Shown: in pieces, positions 12,520-22,834 of the stretch
How positions within the stretch are numbered: the stretch's first letter is position 1
Layout: the number at the start of each line of letters is the position of its first letter
Assembly: GCF_004010195.1 (NCBI RefSeq)
Contig: NC_057718.1
Location: 41,685,803 to 41,749,802 of the forward strand
Source: Chiloscyllium plagiosum
Lineage: Eukaryota
DNA: 64,000 bases
Reading direction: 5' to 3'
Made by a program: the position numbers and the translations under genes
Notes under the pieces: model-generated
What the model saw: the letters and a program-made list of their open reading frames with translations, nothing else
What the model was told of the DNA's origin: nothing
The model's database searches: none

Positions 12520-13400
12520 TCTGTGTCCATCACATCCTTTCTTTGCCTGCACAAGTTGCACAGGGTACAGCATCTAGGATTATGCAGCACAATTTGCCTT
12601 ATGCAAGACACGTCCAAACTGATCCAAGCATTGGGACATCACCTTCAGGGCACCAATATCATGTTCCACCATTGCCCTTGTTGAAAAATTAACTACATTG
12701 TAGTGTGCTCCACCTTAGGGGCAAGGGGATACAAAAGAGAGTTATCTGCCATTGTTACAGAAGGTATCCCTTGTCGCCCACTAACCATCCCTGTAAGGCA
12801 TCCACTTTTGAAATGAAGCAATAACCAGAGAGATTTTCAGTGATATTAGCATAATGGCAGTTTCCAGAGTACCTGGCACAAGCTTCTAATAGTAGGTACC
12901 AATGATTGCTCATGACTTGTACATTGATGGAAAGGAACCCTTTCTGTTCATGGAGTCAGTGCATTATGATTTGACGTGTACAGACCATAGTGCTGTGCAC
13001 CTGGGAGAAACCTAATACCCAGGCTGCAGCTCCAAAGTCATCACAGAAAAATGACATGACGTGATGGGATCTACATTGGCAATAGCTTTGACACATTTGT
13101 AGGTTGAGGATTAATAGAACACACACAAGTCTCAAGTGGAGTCTTGGAAGCAGAGTCTGTTGCATAAATATTTAGCACAGCTGTTAACTTGATGGCCAGA
13201 GTGATAGGATGGCCATTTACCCATTCAGTCAGAGGTCCCAATCCAGCAGTTACCATAGTTCAGTGACCTTGGACATCTTCTGGTTGAGTGACACTACACC
13301 TTGCTCATCTGGACAAAATGCCAATCTGCTGGTAGATGCGGGACCTCTTGTACATCCTGTGAATCCTGAGGGACCTTCTGCAGCAGCGTTTTCACATTGA
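12520..13400 (-). mobile_element. PIF/Harbinger (HARBI1-like) DDE transposase pseudogene
   Basis: Minus-strand pieces occur in the expected order: GHPITLAIKLTAVLNIYATDS (LPVA.K...L.FYATGS), LGFSQVHSTMVCT (GFP.V.G.IDCTH), NRKG..SINVQV, CARYSGNCH (ARFPGS.HD), GWLVGDKGY and STRAMVEHDIGALK (TR..VE..IG.LK). There are multiple stops and frameshifts. Confidence 0.85.
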
Positions 13401-14634
13401 TGCCATTCAGAAGCAACAGGATGTTAATGGTCCTGAGCTTGCTGGAACATCTATTCCTTCTCAACCTCTCTGTAACTTTATATCACCTTGACCACAGAGA
13501 CAATGACCCCCACTGTTCAACCCCCATTAGTGATGGTTCCAAGGAATCTGTGTTGGAAATTTCAGAAACACCAGGTCCTTACTAATGTGAGTAGTCAACA
13601 GTAACAGCACACACAAATGGTGGATTGGCTTTGTTCCCCCATATAGTGGGACATGGAGGACTTGAAATGGAGGGCCATTGATTCACTCTACACAGAGATC
13701 TTATTCAGATGAATGCACTACAATCCACGAGGTGCAAACTCAGAACGAGTTTGTAAGTGCTATAGGATTACTGATATGTTGTTCTCCCACACCCATTCCC
13801 TCACGTCACCCAAGAAAGGTTGCATTGCATGTCAGAGATCTTGGTGAATACTTACAGTTCAAGGTGCAAGGAAATCAGTTCAGTAGCTCTGTACAATCTA
13901 TGAGACCTCAGATTATTTTTGTGAATTATTGCCCTCGGGTATCTCCTTTAATGTTGCCTGTGATCAAGCCCTCTTCACAAAGCTGCCTGTGATCAACTTG
14001 TAACGACCAATGACATGGTGAAAATTACTTCTGACCAGGATTTGTATTCCACATATTAGAAACTGCATGAATTTCACATGCAGGATATTATAATTACAGA
14101 GGTCTTTAACCTGTACTGTGTAAGTGCCTGATTGGTACAATTGCCCCTTGAAGGGCTTCACATCTCTCACAAATAGAACTTGCATACTCAGTGAGAAAAT
14201 AAAATACTTGCTCTGTTCACTTTGGATGTGGTCATAGCCATTTTCCATTTACAACGTGCCTTTACAATTTGCATGAGTATGCAAGATAATACAGATTGCA
14301 CTGTGTACAGGAAGTTGAAGGGCAGCCTGTCAATCAAGGTGTCCCACCCATGAAAAACTTCCATTTTCCTTTCTTCCAGACATTTCCTCTCACGTCCATT
14401 AGAACTGAGCTTGCAAACATTTCTACACACCTTTTGATTTATGACTTCATTAAATTGAGCCCTGGTCCTACAGCTTGTGTTTGTGCTGTCCACCTGTTGA
14501 GGTCAGGCTGCTTGTGGTCCTCGATAACACCCTTCCTGTGGTAACCCATGTCCTCCAATACATGCTAGTCTCATCCCTTTATATGTTGAGTTGCCCCTTC
14601 ACAATTATTCTCCTCTCTGCATCTAAGAATTTTA

Positions 14635-14972
14635 TTCATTTTTTTCATTCACAGGATGTGGCAGTCACTGGCTCGGCCAGCATTTATTGTCCAAATAGAG
14701 TCAAGCACATTGCTGTGGGTCTGAAGTCACATGTAGACCAGATGAAGTAAAGAAGGCAGTTTCCCTTCCTAAAAGATGTTAGTGAATGAGGTGGTTGTTT
14801 CCCAATAATCAGCAATGGTTTTATGGTCATTGTCAGATTCTTAATTCCAGATTTTTATGAAATTCAATTTTCACTGTCTGCCACAGCAGGATTCAAACCC
14901 AGGTCCCCAGAACATTACCGGATCTCTGGATGAATAGTCTAGCATTAATATCACGAGGCCATCACCTCCCTT
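14635..14972 (-). mobile_element. tRNA-derived SINE with LINE-derived 3' tail
   Basis: The minus strand starts GGGAGGTGATGGCCTCGTG (A-box-like), contains GGGTTTGAATCC (B-box-like), and ends AATAAATGCTGGCCGAGCCAGTGACTGCCACATCCTGTGAATGAAAAAA. This end resembles the LINE end at ~33990-34045. Confidence 0.7.
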
Positions 14973-17030
14973 GAAAGCATTGGAATTGACTTCCCCAACC
15001 TCCCAATCACAACAACCTCCTCTGATAAATCCCTTTGACCTTCATTAAGTTGACCAATACAATTGACTGTTGACCACCCACCTAAGTGATGGGTGACCAG
15101 ATCTCTGAATAATCTCTGTGCAGACTGACTCATTCATCCCCAGACAGGTTACATTGTAGTTGCAGGACTGACCATGGCTTGCTTCATGAACTGTCGTAAA
15201 TGGATCCTGACCTTGTCTGGCCTAAGTAGCTGAGTGACTGCGTCAAGGTCTGGACTCTGTTATAACCCAGATGCTGACCGTGAGTTACTGTGCCAGGACC
15301 ACATGAGTGAAAGCGGTTTCACTTGACTTGTCCGAGGACTACTCACCTTAGGCTCTGAGGCCTGGCCATTTGTTGAAACACATGCAGCTTATTTGCCACG
15401 TAACCACCTGGCACTTACTGCAGGTATAAATTGGGCATTGCATGGTGTCATAGCACAACATGTCTAACCACTACAAGGAGGTACATATTAAACTGTAAAG
15501 GGCTGGACACTTTTCAAGGATGATAAGTGAGAAACAAGGCTTACCCTCTCCAACCATGGCTGATTACTGAGCCTAGATACAATGCTAATCATTCTTCAAC
15601 CAGGGTGTCATGGAATGGACCATAGAGCTCTGCATGACTGGAACAGGCAGAGAATGGATGTCATGGACCCCAGAGAGGTGAGAGAGTGATAAGTGTCCTC
15701 CATAGATGAAGATGACCAGGAAGACTATCACCTTCAACATGATAGAGTGCTGCAGCATCAGGAACATCAAGTCAAGCAGGTCTTGATTGACACCAGGTTC
15801 TAGGAAATGTGAGCTGGGTGCAGTGACCACTCATTAATTGTAAATTTGTTCCTGCTCCAAAGGTAACTAGTCCCTGTTGTTTGGAGAAGTGAATCCTGCT
15901 GTTATTTGTTTTATTCTTTGCTGTTGATGGACCATATTGATTTTTCAATACTTTTTAAACATTTTCAATACTTCCCAGCTTGCAATGGTCCCACATTAAG
16001 TTCAGCAAACTTTATTTTAAGTGGTACCTTATGAATCAGCACCCTTGATAAACTAGCAAAAATTACAAATACCTCAAATACCACAAAATTTACTGTATTA
16101 TTCTGTCCCAATGATCATAGTTTTTAATTTATTTACCTCAATGTAAATATACTTGTTTAATCGAATGGACACACGAAATATCAACAGTTGATTCAATTTC
16201 GAATCAATTTCTCGTCAAATACTGTGATCTCATGAGTAGTCAGTTGAGGATGCAGGTGAGAAGACTCTCTGCCAGTAAGTTTTATTTAAGTCAAAGTTGC
16301 ATTACTATTTAAGTGAATTATGCTGTAAGTAAAGTCTAACAGTGTTGTGTATCTCCCCTGCCTTATGTTTCTGTCACTCAGTGTGTGGTTTTACATTGAT
16401 TATGTTGACTTCTTGATCAACCAGAATACTTGATCATTTGGCATGCCCCTGGTCCCATAGATAACAGAGAATAAAATCTTTGTTGTAATAAAAACGACGT
16501 TAGGCTACATTGAGCATTGGGCAAAGCACTTGCTTACACTGAGGTCTGAGGTGGGATGCCACAAAGCAGCGTAATCTGTGTGGCTTGGTAGGTAAATAGC
16601 AACAGAGTTATGAACCTGCACTTGTATTTGCTCTGAAGTGTCAATCCTGTCGTCTATGTGCCTTGAGAAGCATTTCTTTTTTGGCTCATCTCATATTCTG
16701 TGAAGGGCAATTCTTGGCTCGCAGCTCTTGACTTGGTACACAGCTAGGCTTTAAAAATGTCTCTAGCACTGGGAATTCTGGGATGTCCTGGCAATGGCAA
16801 GTATCTCTATCTCTGGTGACAGGGAGGATATGACATGCAGGGCACCATAGAAGTGTGCTTCATGGTTAATGAGATATATTTCAGGAGATAGCATGAGAAA
16901 TCTCGGTAGGCCTCACTGAGAGAGACCCTCAAAAAAACCCACCAAAATTAACACAGCCAGTTTCTGATAAAATTCAGCCAAATATTTCTAAATTTGTATC
17001 AGATTGTATTCAATCAAGTTTGACAAATTT

Positions 17031-17165
17031 ATTCACAACCACCTGATGAAGGAGCGGTGCTCTGAAAGCTAGTGTGCTTCCAATTAAACCTGTTGATCTA
17101 TAGTCTAGTGTTGTGTGATTTTTAACTTTGTACACCCGAATCCAACACCGGCATCTCTAAATTAT
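17031..17165 (+). mobile_element. Solo PLE pLTR end, same family as 2077-2287
   Basis: It is collinear with 2164-2287: CTGATGAAGGAGC..GCTC.GAAAGCTAGTGTGCTTCCAATTAAACCTGTTG...TTTGTACACCC...TCCAACACCGGCATCTC. Confidence 0.88.
17040..17074 (+). ncRNA. Minimal hammerhead ribozyme, intact core
   Basis: The sequence is CAC CUGAUGA A GGAGC GGU GCUCU GAAA GC UA^ GUG. Stem I is CAC/GUG, stem II is GGAGC/GCUCU, and a palindromic AGCU replaces helix III. The predicted cleavage site is after 17071. Confidence 0.75.
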
Positions 17166-17449
17166 CCTTATATAGTGGCCCCTTGTATCCCACAACAATT
17201 TATGTGGTTTTCAAATAACTTTTTTTTTCTAAAATATGTGGGTTACATCAAGTAAAAATTGTTTTGAGGTGAAATACGGACCATTTCAATCCAGTATCCT
17301 TGGGGGTGTAAGCTGACATTTAAAAACTATGCTCAATTTTGCACTAAATAAAACAAATTTCAACTTTCTTTCAGAGAGAAAATAAGTATGGTTGGCATGG
17401 ATAATGGAAAATTCACAGTGGGCAACATGAAGGTCTGTGCAGCATGGAT

Positions 17450-17678
17450 TTCTACTGGCTACTCCAGTTTCGTCTCACAGTCCTAAGATGTGCAGGTTAG
17501 ATGGGCTGGCTATGCTAAATTGCCCATAGTGTCCAGGAATATTCAGGTTAGGTGGATTAGTCATGGTAAATGCAGGATATGGTGGGGGTCTGGGTCTGGG
17601 TGGGCTGCTCTTTGGATGTTCAGTCCACACTTGATTTGCCAAATGAACTCTTTCTGCACTGTCGGGATTCTATGATGT
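17450..17678 (+). mobile_element. Old HE1-like V-SINE (5'-degraded)
   Basis: CTCCAGTTTCGTCTCACAGTCCTAAGATGTGCAGGTTAG...GCTAAATTGCCCATAGTG matches the central domain of the other HE1 copies. The 3' end is CR1-like (...CTGCACTGTCGGGATTCTATGAT). Confidence 0.75.
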
Positions 17679-18112
17679 GCATAGGAAAAATTAATGTGAT
17701 TAAATTGAATGTCCATGCTTCAACTGAAATTGCTCTGGATACGACGTTAGTATATTTGAAATTACCTGTAATATAGTTGAAGATTTCTTCACACAATAAA
17801 AATAATGTCAACTGGTTATTGGAATAATCAGACATAACTATTTCCTAATCAGAAATGGTGAAAATAATATGTACTTGATATCTTCTCAAATTCCTATGAA
17901 GGAAAATATGGCAGAGAGCATAATGACACATGTATCCTTTGACTAATTGGCCTGTCAAAATTGTATTTCCCACTTTTATAACAGATTGATCCTCCATTGC
18001 CACAACGTTGGAATAATGGATAACTTAGCCCTAACCTCTTTACCTTTGTTTTAATACCACCATGTAATCATCAGTTTGTATATTTCTCCAAGCTGAGACA
18101 AATCCTGATTGT

Positions 18113-20060
18113 TGTGACAATGCTGTCACTTGAAAAAGGTTATTTTGTCCTGGTTTTTTTTAAGAGAGGTTGTAAAGACAGAGGTGCCGAAGAGTCTAGA
18201 GGGCTTTTAGGTTGTTTTTAACAGTGTAACAATGGAAGTGGCCAGTTCTCCCAATTCAGGTTTTTCTAAGAATTTTTAGCTGTAGCAGTCACAAGATGTG
18301 TGAGTCCAGAAGGTTTGCAAGTTTCAGTAAATGATTCCTAACTGACTTTCTCTGAAATCTCTCTGGATGTCGTTCCCTCCTATCTATAAGAATCTGGTTT
18401 TGAATTTACCTTTTTGCCAAGAGGTGTGTTTATGGGATATTACTGGATTGAAACAGTTAATTAGTTAAGTTGCTGTATCGGGTCAATTAAGTTTTCAAAC
18501 AGTTAAGATATTCTAAATTCCACTTTCTTTTGTTTGTTCTTTTTCTTGTTTCAACTGTAGTGTTTAAATAAATTCCATTTTGCATAAAGCTGAGTGTTTT
18601 GACCAGTTGCATCATACCTGGAACACTCACTTCATATTTATCTTCAAAATAAGAAAAAGTTAGGGTCTAGACTACCTATATTTTGAGGGGGTCTGGCCTG
18701 GCTCACAACAGACTGGGGTCTCTTCTGGGATTATTCTATAATTTGGGTTTAGGTTTGTTGGACTCAAAAACGGCGAGTTGTATAAGTGTTTCTAGTTCCG
18801 GGTGTTGAAATCACCTTTCTGAGGTAGTGAGAACTCATGTGAAAGAGCAGAGAGTTAAAACTGCACGATTAGCAGCTGAAATGGCTGATGATTATGAGTT
18901 ACTTCATAAATCAAAGCTTGGGTTTTGACATCAATTTCAATCGGTGAGGAGTAGAAATTGGGTAAAAGAGAAATCCTCAGGTGGTGAGGGAAAAGTAGAT
19001 CTCAGTGAAGCTCATAAAGATAGTTTACCGCAGGGTAAAAAGGAAACCCAGGAAGGGGAAAGAGAGGTTAAAGAGCTCAGGTGATCTTATTACAATAAAG
19101 TAGGCCATATGAAGTCACAGTATTGGTGGGTTAGAAAAAGGATTGGGAAAATGGATGTAGGAAAACAGGATAAGCCATTGAATTTTGTTAGAGTGGTAAA
19201 GGAGAGTGCAGTGGAAGCTAAAATGCTGTCCCAGATTATGCAACCTGGTCGGAGGTTGATTGAGAAGGAAGTGCCAGAACTTCATAAAGCATTTACTTGT
19301 GAACATAAAGTTTACTCACATAAGCCAGGAGCAGCAGGTAAAGAAGTTACAGTATTAAAAGATATCGATCAATATTTGATGTTGAGAGATGAGGAGATAT
19401 GTAACTCAGAAGGACTATTGCCGAAAAAAGTGCTAGTACATTGAATTCATGGTGAGATGACAAGTGCTCCATTATATGGAGTTAAGGTTGGACTGTCTGG
19501 TAAAAAGTGGAGAAGTGTTGGTAGGAGTACGAGAGACAACCTCAGCTCCAGAAATACAATTTATCCTTGGTAATAATGAAGCTGGATCACAGGTAGGAAT
19601 GCTGCCTACTGTAGTTGAAAAGCCAGTGGAAAATCAGGCTACTCAGGTAATGCAGAAAGTATATCCTGGGACTTTTCCTGACTGTGTGATTAACAAGGTC
19701 ATAAAACCCACTGGCTGAAATAGGAGGAGAAATCAAAGAATACTGATAAGGAGGTTGAAATGGAATTATCAGAGACCATGTTTGATCAAATGTTTGAGAA
19801 AAAAAAAGAACGGATGGAAGACAAAGTGGATATTTTTAGTTTGGAGAAATTAACTGAGTTACAACAGAAAGATGAAAAACTGAAGGAATTACATCGAAAA
19901 GTGTATACAGAAGAGAAATCTAAGTGTATTCCCAAATGTTACTATCTAAAAAATGATGTCTTGATGAGGGAATAGAGACCATCACATATTCAAGCGGATA
20001 AGAAATGGGCAGAAGTTCACCAAGTCGTATTGCCAGTGGGTTATAGAAAGGGTAGCATAT
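18113..20060 (+). mobile_element. Gmr1-like (Gypsy) LTR retrotransposon: 5' LTR plus decayed gag-protease-integrase start
   Basis: The LTR runs TGTGAC...CACAACA (18113-18710) and is followed by a PBS-like TGGGGTCTC. Gag motifs are VKTARLAAEMADDYELLHK and a decayed CCHC knuckle (YNKVGHMKSQY). The protease region is GKEVTVLKD...FILGNNEAG. It then reads CYYLKNDVLMRE*RP...WAEVHQVVLPVGYRK, the segment that precedes the integrase zinc finger. Confidence 0.82.
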
Positions 20061-20124
20061 GAATGACCATACATCAATGTATCGGATGAGTCAGAAGAAT
20101 TGGAGATAATACTCTTGCCTCTGA

Positions 20125-20350
20125 ACTACAGGGTTGCAGATTCAAGCTTGTATAAAGGATTCAAGCTCACACCTAAGTCTGATTCATCAGTGCAGTATAA
20201 AGGGGACACTGCACTGCTGTAGGCATTCTGCTTCAGATAAGATTTTAAACCAAGGTTCTGTCTGTCCTGGTTGAATGATAAAGATCCCATGGCTCTACTT
20301 ACAAAGCGCAGGCTGTAACTTTGTTCTGGTCAATACTCTCTCAAGAAAAC
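20125..20350 (+). mobile_element. Deu-domain SINE remnant (SacSINE1/AmnSINE-like)
   Basis: CAGTGCAGTATAAAGGGGACACTGCACTG...TTCAGATAAGATTTTAAACCAAGG...AAAGATCCCATGGC resembles the DeuSINE central domain. Confidence 0.6.
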
Positions 20351-20789
20351 CCTTCTAAGTTGAGTTCAAATGACTGCTACCCCCAAGGCTCAATGTAAAT
20401 GAGATGTGCAATCGCATTGGGCTCCATTGGTTAAATATCTTCAAATAAGTAAATCTCCCATCTGACTTCATTTGCACTGCTTGTAAGATGAAGCAGAATA
20501 AAAATGACAATGCTGAAGAAACAAAATTGCTTGGATTCAATCATTGAATTTTGAATTACCTTTTCAGTTTGTGAATTACATGTTACTCTGCAGCAGGTAA
20601 TATCTAAATTTGATTATTCTGTTGATTATCGAAATGATGTTGTTGACTTAGAGAAATATAAATGGTTAGTGAACACTTTTTCTGAGCTCATCTGCTGATG
20701 CAACTCTCAGCCTTTGTCAGACTCTGTCATGTCCTGGCTGGTCTTCCACATTTCGCCTTCTGTTATTCTGCATTTATCCAAAACTTTAT

Positions 20790-21255
20790 TGACTGTATCT
20801 CAGCTCAACCCAGTACTGTTTCCCTATCACCCCTGTGACCTGTGACGGCTTCCAGTCAAGTAACATGTTAATTTTAAAATTCTCATCCTTGTTTTCAAAT
20901 TCTTTCTTGGCTTTGCCTCCCTGTACATGTATAAACAGCAGCAACTTTACAATCTTCTGAGATGTTATTATTCCTCTAATTTCTCTCACTTTTGCTTTCC
21001 CAATCATAATTATGGTGCCATTGGTGCCGTCAGGTGCCTGGACATTAAGCTCTAGATTTCCTTCCATACTCTCCTCCTGCTTTCTACCTCTCTCTTCCCT
21101 TTTAAAGCACTTGCTAAAACAAACTGCTCTGGATCAAGTGATTTCATATTTTCTTATGTAACTGAGTGTTAGATTTTATTTAAGAATGTCCTGTGAAATA
21201 TGTTGGGATGTCTCACTCCATTAAATTCCCTGTATAAGTACAAGTTGTTGTTATT
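20790..21255 (+). mobile_element. L2-type LINE 3' end remnant
   Basis: ATCACCCCTGTG...GGCTTCCAGT...TTTTAAAATTCTCATCCTTGTTTTCAAAT (the HITP.L..LHWLP...FKIL.L.FK region) ends in ...TATAAGTACAAGTTGTTGTT. Confidence 0.6.
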
Positions 21256-21584
21256 CTGAATTGTTTTGTATCTATGGTAAGGTTTGACCTGTCTGCTCAT
21301 GAAGCTTTCTGGATACTACTTTTCATTGAGAGCATCAGTGGAGAAAAAGGTCATAAATATCCCTTTCGAACTTGAAGTAAGATTACGATGTATTATTTTC
21401 TTCAAGTACTATAATATGTAAGAGATGGTTCATTTGGAGCACTTTGAAATAAATATGAAAATGTGTTTCAATTTAATTAATTTAGTTCATAAATCATACC
21501 CAAGAATTACTTCCTCCAAGGGAAGACGTGTGAGTTGGTCTTCCTGAACTGAGGTAGCCAAAGTCGAATAAACTTTGAAGTATC

Positions 21585-21681
21585 AAAAACAGAAATTGCT
21601 GGAAAAGCTCAGCAGGTCAGGCAGCATCTGTGGAGAGAAATCAGAGTTAACATGTCAAGTCCAGTGATGTTTCCCCAGAAC
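21585..21681 (-). mobile_element. Old PLE pLTR fragment with a dead hammerhead
   Basis: The minus strand reads GTT CTGGGGA AACATCACTGGACTT GACA TGTT AAC TCTGATTTCTCTCCACAGATGCTGCCTGACCTGCTGAGCTTTTCCAGC. It has the same downstream block as the copies at 749-845 and 47040-47132. Confidence 0.65.
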
Positions 21682-21684
21682 TTC

Positions 21685-22553
21685 GATGTATATCAGATGG
21701 AAGTTTTAGACAAGCTAACTCGGCTGAAAATAAACAAGTTGCTCAGAATGGTACCAACGCAGAAAATTGACCAAAAAGAAAACATGGGTGGCACTGACAA
21801 CCATTATGTAGGAGTTGTATATATTTGTGGAGGTAAACTGGAATTTACTAATGTGGTCCCCAGTTTCGAAATGGGAGATAAAAGACAAAGATGACCAAAG
21901 AATCTATTAGTCTTCCATCCATTGCACATAAAATAATGGATTTGATTATTAGGAGTAAACATAAACAATTATATAAGCAATTTGGTAATAATTTTGATTC
22001 CATCCGATGAACCTCTTGAAAATCTTTCAGGAAATAACATCCAAAGTCCCAAAGTTTGTGGAGTTAGAGACAAGATATGTGCATTAGTAAATTAGTGTTT
22101 GATTTAATTTATTGCATAGGGAAAGACAGGGAGGAAAATTAAGCAACAGATGTGCTCTATGAACAGTGTTGAAATATCAAAGGATAAAATTGAAAGAGAA
22201 TCAGAGGTCTTAAGAGGCCAAATGTGGGACCAAAGCAGAACAACAATTAATAAAGCCAAATGAAATGTTAAATCATAATCAGAATGTTATTGTGAGACTA
22301 CGATCAATTCTGTCACCAAAAAATACAGGAGACATTCAAACATCAGAAGAATTGCAGAGAAAGAGCTGTGGGAGACTGGTCCACATGTTAGATGTCTAAG
22401 TTATAAAGAAAGACATGAACAATTTGAAATTTTCACTCTAGAAAGGTCATAACTATGAGGAGATCCCATAAAGCTGTATGATATAGATAAGGGCATGCAG
22501 AGTAGTATTGAAAGTCAATTGTAGAAGTAGAATAAGGGGACACAACTTTGAAC
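21685..22553 (+). mobile_element. Highly decayed CR1 ORF2 remnant
   Basis: It contains EVLDKLTRLKINK, TNVVPSFEMGDK, and later CR1 C-terminal-like sequence. It is interrupted by the HE1 copy at 22554. Confidence 0.55.
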
Positions 22554-22834
22554 TAGATTAGATTAGATTCCCTCCAATGTGGAAACAAGTCCACACCGAC
22601 CGTCCGAAGAGTAACCCACCAGGATCCATTTCCCTTTGACTAATGCACCTAACACTATGCAATTTAGCATGGCCAATTCACCTAACCTGCACATTTTTGA
22701 ACTGTGGGAGGAAACCCACACAGACACGGGGAGAATGTGCAAACTCCACACAGACAGTCACCTGAGGCTAGAATCAAACCTGGGTCCCTGGTGCTGTGAG
22801 GCTGCAGTGCTAACTACTGAGCCACCGTGCCGCC
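22554..22834 (-). mobile_element. HE1-type V-SINE
   Basis: The minus strand starts GGCGGCACGGTGGCTCAGTAGTTAGCACTGCAGCCTCACAGCACCAGGGACCCAGGTTTGATTC (tRNA-like A and B boxes). It has the V-domain GTGTGGAGTTTGCACATTCTCCCCGTGTCTGTGTGGGTTTCCTCC and an (AATCT)n tail. Confidence 0.92.
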
